A DNA stretch of 25,162 bases from a virus (IMGVR_UViG_3300006802_000512:1-25162), one strand, 5' to 3'. Positions 16,453 to 25,162 are shown, numbered from the stretch's first letter. Notes: generated by a model not told the origin, from the sequence alone. Program-made: numbers and translations.

Positions 16453-17266
16453 AGATATAGGACAAAAGGTTAATAGAGAAGGTGCGGCTAAACCTATTTG
16501 GATAGGTAAATCAAGTGTACCACATATATATGTAGCTACGCCTGTTCACGATCAAGTTAGTATTCATTTCACACAATCTATACTAGACTTTCAAAAGTAT
16601 TGTTTTCAAAACAAATTAAAAGTAACTTTTCAATTAGTTAAATCATCATTAGTAACCCAAGGCAGAAACTTATGTGTTGCAGATTTTTTAACTTCCGGTG
16701 CTGACTATTTATTATTTATTGATTCAGATATTGAATTTGAACCAGGCACCATTCAAGCTATGATAGACAAAGACAAAGAGCTTATATCAGCTCCATACCC
16801 ATTGAAAAATATTAATTGGAAAAAAGCATTTGAAAAGATTCAAGCAGGAGATGTTAAAACATTAGAAGATCTTTCTAACGCAATCTATCAATATCCACTT
16901 AGAGTTCCAAATGAACACGATATAAGTATGCATGAAGGGATAATAGAAGTAACTCATGGTGCTACTGGTTGTATGTTAATAAAACGTAGTGTTTTTGATA
17001 AATTAATGAAAGCTTATCCTGATAAAACTATTGTTCAAAAAACAGTTATGAATGGTGAACTAGTTGATAAAGATAACCTATGGAATTTCTTTGATACTTT
17101 ATACGATTCAAAGACTAAAATGTATATGGGTGAGGACTTTGCTTTCTGCAAATTATGGAAAGATATAGGTGGTAAATGCTATAGTTACGTACTAGACCCA
17201 ATTACCCACGTAGGCGAATTTAAATATAGTGGAAGGTTCGCTGATGAGTTGATAATCAATAAGTAA
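16445..17266 (+). CDS. Glycosyltransferase, GT-A fold (GT2-like)
   Basis: IYVATPV, GRNLCVADFL, DYLLFIDSD (DxD), ATGCMLIKRSVF, GEDFAFC. Confidence 0.8.
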   Translation: MIKDIGQKVNREGAAKPIWIGKSSVPHIYVATPVHDQVSIHFTQSILDFQKYCFQNKLKVTFQLVKSSLVTQGRNLCVADFLTSGADYLLFIDSDIEFEPGTIQAMIDKDKELISAPYPLKNINWKKAFEKIQAGDVKTLEDLSNAIYQYPLRVPNEHDISMHEGIIEVTHGATGCMLIKRSVFDKLMKAYPDKTIVQKTVMNGELVDKDNLWNFFDTLYDSKTKMYMGEDFAFCKLWKDIGGKCYSYVLDPITHVGEFKYSGRFADELIINK

Positions 17267-17277
17267 AATGGTATTAT
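17249..17277 (+). promoter_or_regulatory. sigma70-type promoter for the ejection/internal protein operon
   Basis: TTGATA(17249-17254)-N17-TATTAT(17272-17277) with TG at 17269-17270; AAGGAG SD at 17297-17302. Confidence 0.72.
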
Positions 17278-17298
17278 TTACCATTTAAAGATCTTTAA
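17266..17298. repeat. Two adjoining inverted repeats (operator-like)
   Basis: AAATGGTA-ttatt-TACCATTT (17266-17286) and perfect palindrome TTAAAGATCTTTAA (17285-17298). Confidence 0.6.
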
Positions 17299-17313
17299 GG
17301 AGAACGTTTATAA

Positions 17314-18321
17314 ATGTTACAATTTTTACCCTATGCACTTGCCGCCTACGGAGGATACAGAGGTTATAGAGATGCTAAGAAATCTGGGGCTTCAGGAATA
17401 GGAAGATTATTATCGGCTGGTACAGGTGCCGCTATGGGCTACTATGGAGGTAAAATGATACCAGGTGTATCTACATCTGGATTTACTCCATTTACATCAA
17501 CAGCTTTTGGTCAGTCACTTCCTTTTGTTGGTGCAACACAATCAGCAGCAGCACAAACTGGTGGATTATCTGCAATGCAACAAGCACAAATTGCAAGTAG
17601 CGGAGCAGATCCAGGATTAGCATTATCTCAAATGCCAGCAGGAGGTGAAGGAAACCCAACTGATCCAAGAAGTTTTTTACAAAAAATGTTTTATAAAAAA
17701 GATGCACCATCAGAAGTAGATCCATTAAAATTATTTGCAGGTGTATCTGGACTAAGTTATGCATCAGGTGCTTTTGAACAAGGCCCAGTAGATATGTATC
17801 AACCTACATACAATATAGCTTACAAAGAATTTGCAGAGAAAAGACCTAACTTTAAATATATAGATCCACAAACTGGTGATGAAAAAAATTACGAAAAAGT
17901 TTACATACCTGAAGGTAATGTTGAGGGCAATCCATATCAAATGGTTAAATCTAGATTAAGAGAAGGTGGGTTAGCTGAAATAAAAAAATTTAATGAGGGT
18001 GGTATTAATTATTTACCATCAAAAACATCTCATGACGAGTATGATTCTAACAATTATGTTAGAGCAACTGGTTATGTAGAGGACGGATCCGGAACAGGAG
18101 ACAAAGACGAGGATACGATGTTAGCTCAATTAGCAGACGGAGAGTTTGTAACAAGAGCAGACGGTGTATTAGGTGCTGGTTTAATAGCTGGAGCAAATCC
18201 TACAAGCATAAAAGATATGCGAGAAAAAGGTGCGGCTTACTTCTATGAACAGCAAAAAAGATATAAAAGAATTTTTGACTTAATAGGAGAAGCACGTGGC
18301 ACGAGCAGCAAAAAAAATTAA
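17314..18321 (+). CDS. Internal virion / DNA ejection protein
   Basis: Gly-zipper N-terminus; LREGG/FNEGG; GSGTGDKDEDTMLAQLADGEFVTRADGV motif as in tape-measure/ejection proteins. Confidence 0.6.
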   Translation: MLQFLPYALAAYGGYRGYRDAKKSGASGIGRLLSAGTGAAMGYYGGKMIPGVSTSGFTPFTSTAFGQSLPFVGATQSAAAQTGGLSAMQQAQIASSGADPGLALSQMPAGGEGNPTDPRSFLQKMFYKKDAPSEVDPLKLFAGVSGLSYASGAFEQGPVDMYQPTYNIAYKEFAEKRPNFKYIDPQTGDEKNYEKVYIPEGNVEGNPYQMVKSRLREGGLAEIKKFNEGGINYLPSKTSHDEYDSNNYVRATGYVEDGSGTGDKDEDTMLAQLADGEFVTRADGVLGAGLIAGANPTSIKDMREKGAAYFYEQQKRYKRIFDLIGEARGTSSKKN

Positions 18322-18757
18322 ACCATCAGTAAATATTGTACCTGTTCTACCTAAAGACGTAGAAAGATTTTGGCCTTTAGCTGAATTTATGATTAAAGAA
18401 GCGTTAATTTATTCTGGAAGATATGCAGAATCTTCTGACATATATAGTCTATTATTAAAAGATGAGGCACAACTATTTGTTATGTTTGGATCTGATGAAA
18501 CAGAAGAGAATAAAGTATTTGGTATAGCTGTAACAAGAATAGGTTCTATGCCTAATTACGATCAGTTAGAAATTATTATATGTACAGGTAAAAGAAGAGA
18601 GCTATGGGAAGATAAAATTGTAGCTCATATAACTAACTTTGCTAAACAAAACAAATGTAAAAGACTTTGCATTTGGGCAAGACCTGGTTGGGAAAAAGTT
18701 TCCAAAAAATGGGGATGGAAGAAAAAACACGTTCAACTAGTAAAGGATATTAAATGA
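18296..18757 (+). CDS. GNAT-fold-like virion assembly protein (position of P22 gp14 / T7 gp13)
   Basis: QLFVMF...FGIAVTRI...LEIIICTG...FAKQNKCKRL..WARPGWEKV; GTG start with AGGAG SD. Confidence 0.55.
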   Translation: MARAAKKIKPSVNIVPVLPKDVERFWPLAEFMIKEALIYSGRYAESSDIYSLLLKDEAQLFVMFGSDETEENKVFGIAVTRIGSMPNYDQLEIIICTGKRRELWEDKIVAHITNFAKQNKCKRLCIWARPGWEKVSKKWGWKKKHVQLVKDIK

Positions 18758-19620
18758 GTTTTGTAAGTAATTTATTTGGTGGAGGCGGTGGAGCACCAGC
18801 ATCAACTCCTGCATCTCAAACACAATTTGTTAGAGAAGCTCCAGGTATAGAAGAAAGAAAACTTGAGTTGATGGATATCGCGAGACAAGTTTCTCAAGAT
18901 CCAATTAAATTACCTGGTATACAAGTTGCCGGATCTGGTCTTGGATCAGCTTTACAACAACAAGGACTAACGGCTGCCGGAACAACAGGTGCGGGTGCTG
19001 GAACTGTTAACCAAGGTATAGCACAAGTATTAGGTGCAGCAGCTCCTGTAGGTCAATCACAAATAAATCAATTTTTAAATCCTTATCAATCTTATGTTAC
19101 TGATGAAATTGGAAGACAAGGACAAATCATGCAAAACCAACTATCGGCACAGGCAGTTAATCAAGGTGCCTTTGGTGGAGGACGTGAGGGTGTTCAACAA
19201 GCGGAATTACAAAATAGAATTTTGGAAGCTCAGGGTAGAGCTAATGCTCAAGGATTTGGAACTGCATTAGGTGCAGCTCAAAGACAACAACAATTAGGTA
19301 TGGCTGCTGGTCAACAATTAGGAAACTTAGGTGCTGGTCAACAACAAATGGCTCAAGCAGATATTAATCAACTAATGGCTTCTGGTGGAATTCAACAGCA
19401 ATTAGCTCAACAAGCACTTGATGCACAAAGACAAACTACTTTACAACAACAATACGAGCCTTACCAAAGAGCAGAGTTTCTTGCAAACTTATATGCTGCA
19501 GGGCCTAAATCACAGTCTGGAATTACGATGACAACACAACCTGGCACAAGTCCATTAGCACAATCTATCGGAACAGGATTAGGAGCATTCACGGCATACC
19601 AAGCTGGACAACAACAATAG
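18754..19620 (+). CDS. DNA ejection/transfer protein (P22 gp7-like role), Gln/Gly/Ala-rich
   Basis: LFGGGGG N-terminus, FLNPYQ, GAFGGGR, C-terminal IGTGLGAFTAY. Confidence 0.65.
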   Translation: MSFVSNLFGGGGGAPASTPASQTQFVREAPGIEERKLELMDIARQVSQDPIKLPGIQVAGSGLGSALQQQGLTAAGTTGAGAGTVNQGIAQVLGAAAPVGQSQINQFLNPYQSYVTDEIGRQGQIMQNQLSAQAVNQGAFGGGREGVQQAELQNRILEAQGRANAQGFGTALGAAQRQQQLGMAAGQQLGNLGAGQQQMAQADINQLMASGGIQQQLAQQALDAQRQTTLQQQYEPYQRAEFLANLYAAGPKSQSGITMTTQPGTSPLAQSIGTGLGAFTAYQAGQQQ

Positions 19621-19628
19621 GAGGATTA

Positions 19629-21821
19629 ATGTCAATTAATAATGTTTTAAATCGTCCTATTTTTAGAAAACAAGCTTTACGTAAAGGTCATCTTAAAGTA
19701 ATCAAAGCGAATACTGGTACTTATACAGGAAGTTATCTTCCACTAGATCCAAGAACATCAACTCCTAAAGGCCCTGGTTTTTTTTCAAAGTTAGGTTCTG
19801 ATATAGGTGGAGTAGGAAGAAATATTAAAGACCCAAGATTTTTAATTAATGCTCCTTTTGGTATGGGTGGTGCTACTACTAGAACTGCAGGAGCATTTGG
19901 GTTGTACCCTTTAATTGGTGAAGCAACAAGAAAATTAGGAATGACAGGCGTTGGAAAAGATGTTGCAGATTTAGGTATATCTGCAGCGTTATCAAGAAAT
20001 CCATATGCTGTTGGTGCGGGATTATTATATGGTGGTTATAGAGCAGCACGTCCTGTTATCGGAAGAGGAGTAGATTTAATTAAAGAAAGACCACTAGGTA
20101 CAACTGCATCTAATGCAAGTTTTATGCCTGGTATTGAAGGTGTGTTAGGTAAACCAATTAATCAAGTATCACTAGAAGAAATGGTTAAGAATAATCCTAA
20201 AGGAAGACCAATAAATAAACCGGGTGAAAGAAATAAAATAGCATCAGGAAGAGGTGCAGGAGATAAAGAAACTGCTGTTGGATATAAACCATTTGATGAT
20301 GCTGTTGCAGGAGTTACAGATAATTTAACTGTACCTGATAATATGGCTGAATTACCTGGAGAGCCTAAAGTTGATATAACTAAAGTAGTAAACAACATCG
20401 CACCAGTGCCACCGGAAACAGGTATTACTGCAGATGCTCCACCACCTAAAAAGGATACTAAACTTGCAAAAATAGAAACACAAGAAACTGAACAAAAACC
20501 AGGTGGAACACAATCTGCTGGTGACATTGTTACATCAGCAAATGAAAATTTAAACCAACCAACTAGAATAACTTCTGCAGATGGTGCACAAGTTACAGAT
20601 GATATTATTGCAAGAGCAAGAAAAATAAGAACAGAATTAATGCAAGGTCAATCATCGCAAGCTAAACTTGTATTCTTAGCTAACTTAGCTTCTGGATTAA
20701 TGTCTGGTACTACAAGCAAAGCTGGTATTGGTGGAGCTATGGAAGTATTTGGTAGAGCTTTAGGCCCAGCTGTAAATAATTATGCAATGATTAAACTTAA
20801 AGAAAATGAATTACAAAATGAATTTATGCAGAGTGCATTAGAGATTGCTTCTGATGAAATGGATAGAAAAAACAAAGCTTATGAATATCCTGAAGGAGAC
20901 CCAGGTGTTGTTCAATTTTTTAACGAAAATGGAAAAACGGTTAACATGACAGGAATTAGATTAAAAGATGGTACAGTACAAGTAGCTATGCCAGGACAGT
21001 ATGATCAAAATGGAAGAAATGTTTATAGAACAATTCCACCAGGACAATACAATAGATTTGCAAAAAATGATGAATTAGCTAAACCACAAATAGAATTGTT
21101 AAAAGAACTAGAAGGTAAGTACAGAGCTTATGCATTAGGACAAAAATCAATTAATATTCTTAGAGAGTTTCAAGAAAAAGGTGAAACTGGAGCAGGGCCA
21201 GTTGGACGATTCAATTTATTTAGTCAAAGATTAGGAAGTGCGTTTGAAGATATTACAGGAAGAAAAATGTATGACTCTGCAGAAGCAGCTAATGAAAGAT
21301 TACAGTTTGAAAGAGATAAATTAATAAATGACTTAATGGTTGGAGAAGATTTAGAAAGAAAACAAGCTGAGAAAAAAGTAGACAGTTTACTTGGAGACTC
21401 AGTTGTTAAAGATAAAATTATGAAAGCTATCCAACAAGCTACTGGTGAAGAAGATAAACAGAAACTTTCTCAATTAGCTATTAACGAAACGGTGATGGTT
21501 TACGCGTTAGCGAACTCATTAAAATCAAAAGACCGTTTAACAGAAAAAGATATTAAGATGGCTAAAGAACTTGTAAACATCTTCCCATTATTAAGAGGTC
21601 AAAGAGATGTAATTAGAGATTTATCGTCAGTGAATAATACAATCCTAGGAGATATACAATCTTTAGAAAATCAATGGAGAGATGGATTACTTGGAGAAAC
21701 TGGAACATTAGATAATTTCAAAAGAAAATATGGAATTACTTCAGGAACAGGTGATCAACCAGAAGAATTAACAAACCCATTCACTGATAAATCAACTGAA
21801 GAATTATTGGAGATGTTCTAA
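19629..21821 (+). CDS. Large internal virion / DNA transfer protein
   Basis: 730 aa; Gly-rich hydrophobic N-terminal part, Pro-rich linker, helical C-terminus; GGAGGA SD; position in the ejection block. Confidence 0.6.
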   Translation: MSINNVLNRPIFRKQALRKGHLKVIKANTGTYTGSYLPLDPRTSTPKGPGFFSKLGSDIGGVGRNIKDPRFLINAPFGMGGATTRTAGAFGLYPLIGEATRKLGMTGVGKDVADLGISAALSRNPYAVGAGLLYGGYRAARPVIGRGVDLIKERPLGTTASNASFMPGIEGVLGKPINQVSLEEMVKNNPKGRPINKPGERNKIASGRGAGDKETAVGYKPFDDAVAGVTDNLTVPDNMAELPGEPKVDITKVVNNIAPVPPETGITADAPPPKKDTKLAKIETQETEQKPGGTQSAGDIVTSANENLNQPTRITSADGAQVTDDIIARARKIRTELMQGQSSQAKLVFLANLASGLMSGTTSKAGIGGAMEVFGRALGPAVNNYAMIKLKENELQNEFMQSALEIASDEMDRKNKAYEYPEGDPGVVQFFNENGKTVNMTGIRLKDGTVQVAMPGQYDQNGRNVYRTIPPGQYNRFAKNDELAKPQIELLKELEGKYRAYALGQKSINILREFQEKGETGAGPVGRFNLFSQRLGSAFEDITGRKMYDSAEAANERLQFERDKLINDLMVGEDLERKQAEKKVDSLLGDSVVKDKIMKAIQQATGEEDKQKLSQLAINETVMVYALANSLKSKDRLTEKDIKMAKELVNIFPLLRGQRDVIRDLSSVNNTILGDIQSLENQWRDGLLGETGTLDNFKRKYGITSGTGDQPEELTNPFTDKSTEELLEMF

Positions 21822-24800
21822 TGGCTACATCAATAAAAGCATTACAGAAAAGTTTAGATGACAAAAGTTTAGATCCATCTAGATTATCAAAAGAACAAAG
21901 ACAAATTATAGATACTTTAATTGAAAGAGGTGATCTTAAAGGCCCATCAATGGGCGAACTACAATCACAAAGAAGTTTTGCTGCTAAAAATATAGCAAGA
22001 GAAGAAGAATACCTTAAAGATCCAATTGCGGCAGCTTTAGCAGCAGAAGATAATCCTTACTTTGTAAAAGGCAGACCAACTGCAGAATTAGCAGGTGACC
22101 TATCAGGATCAATTGCACCATACTTACTAATGAGAAAAAAAATATATGGTGCCGCTAAATCAGGAAACTTATGGCAAAAAGGCCCTGGCTTCTTTAAGAA
22201 AGCTGCAGATAAATTAGCAGATAAGATGCCTGGCAGATTAAAATTATTTGGTGGTGCTCTTAAATTACTTGCAAGAGTAGCTGATGCTCCAGCTAAAGTA
22301 GTTAAAAGTCCATTAGGTAGAGCTGAGTTATATTCAGTTATGGGAGGTACAGCAGGTGCTGGTGTAGGTTCTGTTACTTATGATGTATTAAATGAACAAG
22401 CAGGAACTTTAATTGCAAGTACAATTACAGATGAGTTTGCAGATATACCTCAACAAAAAATAGATAACGATATTTTATTAAATGCTGCAGATGCAACTAA
22501 GAACGCTTTAATGTGGAACGCAGGAGCTGCTGCACTTACACCATTTATTTCAGGGCCAATAGGTAAATTAGGTTCTAAATTATTTGGCACTAAAGGTGCT
22601 AAGGCAAAAGAGTTGGCACAATATGCAAGAGATAAAGGATTACCTTTACCACTTAACACTGCGATTGAAGATGGAGTTTTATCTGGTGTAGGTAAAGATT
22701 ATTTTAAAACAGTTGGTGTATTTCCATTTATATCTGGTATTGGAAGAGAAGCTTTACAAGGTGCTGAACAAGCTGCAGGTAAACAATATTTAAATTCATT
22801 AGCAAAATTTGCACCTATCATGAAAACATCCGCATTATCTTCTTCTATTTATAATCAAGCAGCTAAAGTATTTGCTGATAGATCTGCATTAATTGGAGCT
22901 AAGTATAAAGCATTTGATACATTAGCTGAAACAGTTGGTAACCCTAAAGTTATTCCAATGGAAAATTTAAAAAGAATATCAACAGAATTTTTAGATCAAA
23001 ATAGACAAATGTTTCCTAATATGGATAGATTTATATCTGATGGTGTTAATCCACAAAAGATAAATGAAATTTTAAAAATGTCAGGTGATCCACTTAATCT
23101 TTTTATGCAAGCAGTAAAAATGATGGGTGATGAAATGATTACTCCTAAACAATACGGTGGTTTAATGAAAATGATGAACCGAGCTATTGAAGGAACACAA
23201 TATCAAAATATAAGAGCTTCTGTATTTGGGTTAAGAGAAGCTATGGAAAATGATTTAAATTCATTTGGTGCAAAATTGACAAAAGATACTTTTTTAAAAG
23301 ATGAAGGTATTAAAACTGCGTACGAAGAAATGTCTAAAGGCCAAGGTAAAGAAGTAGCAGAATCATTTTTAAACAACAACTTAAGAGATGCTGAACAACT
23401 TTATGCTAAACTATATGATGCTAATGCAACCTTCTCTGCATCTATGGGTTTTTTAAAGAAAGCAGGTGGTCTTGTAGGTAAAATGAGAGGGTTTGATCAA
23501 AATTTATTTACATCACAAGGTGTAAATGGAATCTATGGAATGCAAAGATTTCCTAGAGATAAGATGTTTCAAACTATGGAAAGAGATGTATTTGCATCTA
23601 ACTCACCTGAAGCTATTGAACAATTCAAAGTTATTATTGGAGCTGCAGGGCCTAAAGCTTCTGACAATGGAAAAAGATTATTTGAAGCTGCTAAAGCAAG
23701 ATATATGTTTAATGCATTCTTAGGATCATTTGATTCAGCAGGAAGTCCAGCTGCACAATCAATCTTTAAAGATGTTGTTGGTGAATCACTTGGTGTTAAA
23801 GCAGGAACTGAATATGCACAAGATGCTATGAGAGCAATAGGTTCAGAAGCTATGGAAGCAAGAAGAGGTTTTAGTATAGATGATGTAAAACTAAACAATG
23901 GTATTTATGATTTAAGTCAAATTAGATTTAGTCCAAAAGACTTTGCTGATTTTAATATAAACAAATTCATGAACAAGTTAGGTGTAGGAGAAGCTACAGC
24001 AGACTTAGGTAGAGCTAAAATGGCTAGCTTACTAGGTAAAGATGGTGCTCAAGATTTCTTTAAATTCGCTAACTATATGAAAGCAGTTTCGGATGTACCT
24101 TTATCCGATACATCTACCTTCTTACAGAGAAGAATGACACTCGGGTCATTTGGATCTGTAGCTGGTGGTATGTTTGTAGGTGCGGGTATGTTTGCAGTAA
24201 ATCCTTTCGCTCCTGCAATATTTTTATTATTAGCTAGACGTGCTGGTAAAATGTTAACAGACCCTACTGCATTAAGATATATGAATGATGCATTAGGTGT
24301 AGATGAATTAGTACAAGGTCTTAAAGGAAAAGGTATAGGAGTAGATGGTAAATTTAAAATAAGAAGTATCAATCCTAAATTAACAGCTGCAGGCTTAACT
24401 CAGAAAAGAGAAGCGTTTGCAAGACTTGCAAACTATATGGCTGATGAAGATAAAGATTTACCAAGGGTAAATCCTAAAGATGTAGATCCTAAAGCTATCC
24501 AAGAAAAGTTATTAAATATGTCATACAATATTGAACAACCTAGATACGATGATAAAACAATACCAAAAGATACACTTGAAGCTATGTTTGCTCAAGATTT
24601 TGCAAAAAGCTCGGGTAACGTTAATACAGATAATCAAATGGTAGACTATATTAAATCAACTATGGTTAATCAGGAAGCTGTTGAAATTGATCAAGCAGCT
24701 AGAGATGAAGAAGCTGATCAAGCAGGTATAACTGATGATATGGAGTTAGCAGATGTTGGACAAGCTGTTAATAATAATCAACAACCTATGATAGCACCGG

Positions 24801-24895
24801 CTACCGGACAAGTAGATGCTAATCAATTTCAAGCATTATTTCCTAACGATCCAACAGGAGCTGCAATAGCACAAAGAGGAGTTAAACGTGGCTAG
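21821..24895 (+). CDS. Largest internal virion / DNA ejection protein (gp16-like role)
   Basis: 1024 aa, helical, Gly-zipper and TM-like segments (GSVAGGMFVGAGMFAVNPFAPAIFLLL), terminal LFPNDPTGAAIAQR. Confidence 0.6.
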   Translation: MATSIKALQKSLDDKSLDPSRLSKEQRQIIDTLIERGDLKGPSMGELQSQRSFAAKNIAREEEYLKDPIAAALAAEDNPYFVKGRPTAELAGDLSGSIAPYLLMRKKIYGAAKSGNLWQKGPGFFKKAADKLADKMPGRLKLFGGALKLLARVADAPAKVVKSPLGRAELYSVMGGTAGAGVGSVTYDVLNEQAGTLIASTITDEFADIPQQKIDNDILLNAADATKNALMWNAGAAALTPFISGPIGKLGSKLFGTKGAKAKELAQYARDKGLPLPLNTAIEDGVLSGVGKDYFKTVGVFPFISGIGREALQGAEQAAGKQYLNSLAKFAPIMKTSALSSSIYNQAAKVFADRSALIGAKYKAFDTLAETVGNPKVIPMENLKRISTEFLDQNRQMFPNMDRFISDGVNPQKINEILKMSGDPLNLFMQAVKMMGDEMITPKQYGGLMKMMNRAIEGTQYQNIRASVFGLREAMENDLNSFGAKLTKDTFLKDEGIKTAYEEMSKGQGKEVAESFLNNNLRDAEQLYAKLYDANATFSASMGFLKKAGGLVGKMRGFDQNLFTSQGVNGIYGMQRFPRDKMFQTMERDVFASNSPEAIEQFKVIIGAAGPKASDNGKRLFEAAKARYMFNAFLGSFDSAGSPAAQSIFKDVVGESLGVKAGTEYAQDAMRAIGSEAMEARRGFSIDDVKLNNGIYDLSQIRFSPKDFADFNINKFMNKLGVGEATADLGRAKMASLLGKDGAQDFFKFANYMKAVSDVPLSDTSTFLQRRMTLGSFGSVAGGMFVGAGMFAVNPFAPAIFLLLARRAGKMLTDPTALRYMNDALGVDELVQGLKGKGIGVDGKFKIRSINPKLTAAGLTQKREAFARLANYMADEDKDLPRVNPKDVDPKAIQEKLLNMSYNIEQPRYDDKTIPKDTLEAMFAQDFAKSSGNVNTDNQMVDYIKSTMVNQEAVEIDQAARDEEADQAGITDDMELADVGQAVNNNQQPMIAPATGQVDANQFQALFPNDPTGAAIAQRGVKRG

Positions 24896-25064
24896 AAAAT
24901 CTGCATTAGATAGAATAGATAATCACGAAAAGATTTGCAGATTAATGCAAAAGCAGACTTTTGATAGAATCGATAGAATGGAACAAAGAATAAATAGAAT
25001 AGAAAAGATTATTGTAGGCGGAATGTTTGCAATATTTATGGCTGTACTTTCCAACCATTTGTAG
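24888..25064 (+). CDS. Small coiled-coil + C-terminal TM protein (XhlA/holin-like), not in ORF track
   Basis: GTG start after GAGGAG; MARKSALDRIDNHEKICRLMQKQTFDRIDRMEQRINRIEKIIVGGMFAIFMAVLSNHL*. Confidence 0.7.
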   Translation: MARKSALDRIDNHEKICRLMQKQTFDRIDRMEQRINRIEKIIVGGMFAIFMAVLSNHL

Positions 25065-25076
25065 TATGAATGACTA

Positions 25077-25162
25077 ATGGAACTAGTCAGAAAATATCCC
25101 TATAAACATTATAATAGATTTTCAGATACAACCGGGCGTAAATATTTAGTTGGTGAAGCCAA
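25077..25162 (+). CDS. 5' end of a truncated gene, probably a PD-(D/E)XK exonuclease
   Basis: MELVRKYPYKHYNRFSDTTGRKYLVGEA... open to the window edge; the Y...G.R.Y N-terminus recalls phage exonucleases, but the catalytic region is not visible. Confidence 0.45.
   Translation, partial: MELVRKYPYKHYNRFSDTTGRKYLVGEA

Noticed and set aside
5171-24372. Minus-strand ORFs in the track (5171, 6435, 14883, 17492, 20162, 22450, 23569, 24073)
   Set aside because: All lie antisense to well-supported plus-strand genes, lack motifs and start signals, and read as shadow frames.
25040-25076. Promoter before the final gene
   Set aside because: TAGTAT/TATGAA-like hexamers are present but no well-spaced -35 or extended -10 could be assigned.
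1-25162. tRNA, rRNA, CRISPR array, integrase/IS, introns, stop-codon recoding
   Set aside because: Intergenic gaps are under about 50 nt once small ORFs are added; all three stop codons end genes normally; no spaced direct repeats or mobile-element motifs seen.

Overview
A 25 kb, AT-rich, entirely plus-strand segment of a tailed phage genome. It looks like a short-tailed (podovirus-type) marine phage, and a SAR11/pelagiphage-like affinity is inferred from composition and gene content but not proven. The window covers the late/morphogenesis region: an M15A peptidase, two head-tail adaptor-like proteins, repeat-rich tail and fibre proteins, a P22 gp10-like nozzle, a block of internal/ejection proteins, a possible holin-like protein and the start of a probable exonuclease. 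Interleaved among these are seven Fe(II)/2-oxoglutarate oxygenase-fold genes, three unrelated glycosyltransferases and a DUF6065-like gene, which may form a hydroxylate-then-glycosylate system for virion proteins. Other notable signals are apparent complete avoidance of GGWCC (all 18 Gly-Pro pairs use GGC/GGG) and probably of GCGC, five sigma70-type promoters (three apparently leaderless, several overlapped by inverted repeats), an ArfA-like small protein, and several small basic ORFs missed by the ORF track. All family calls come from motif recognition by eye, with no database search.
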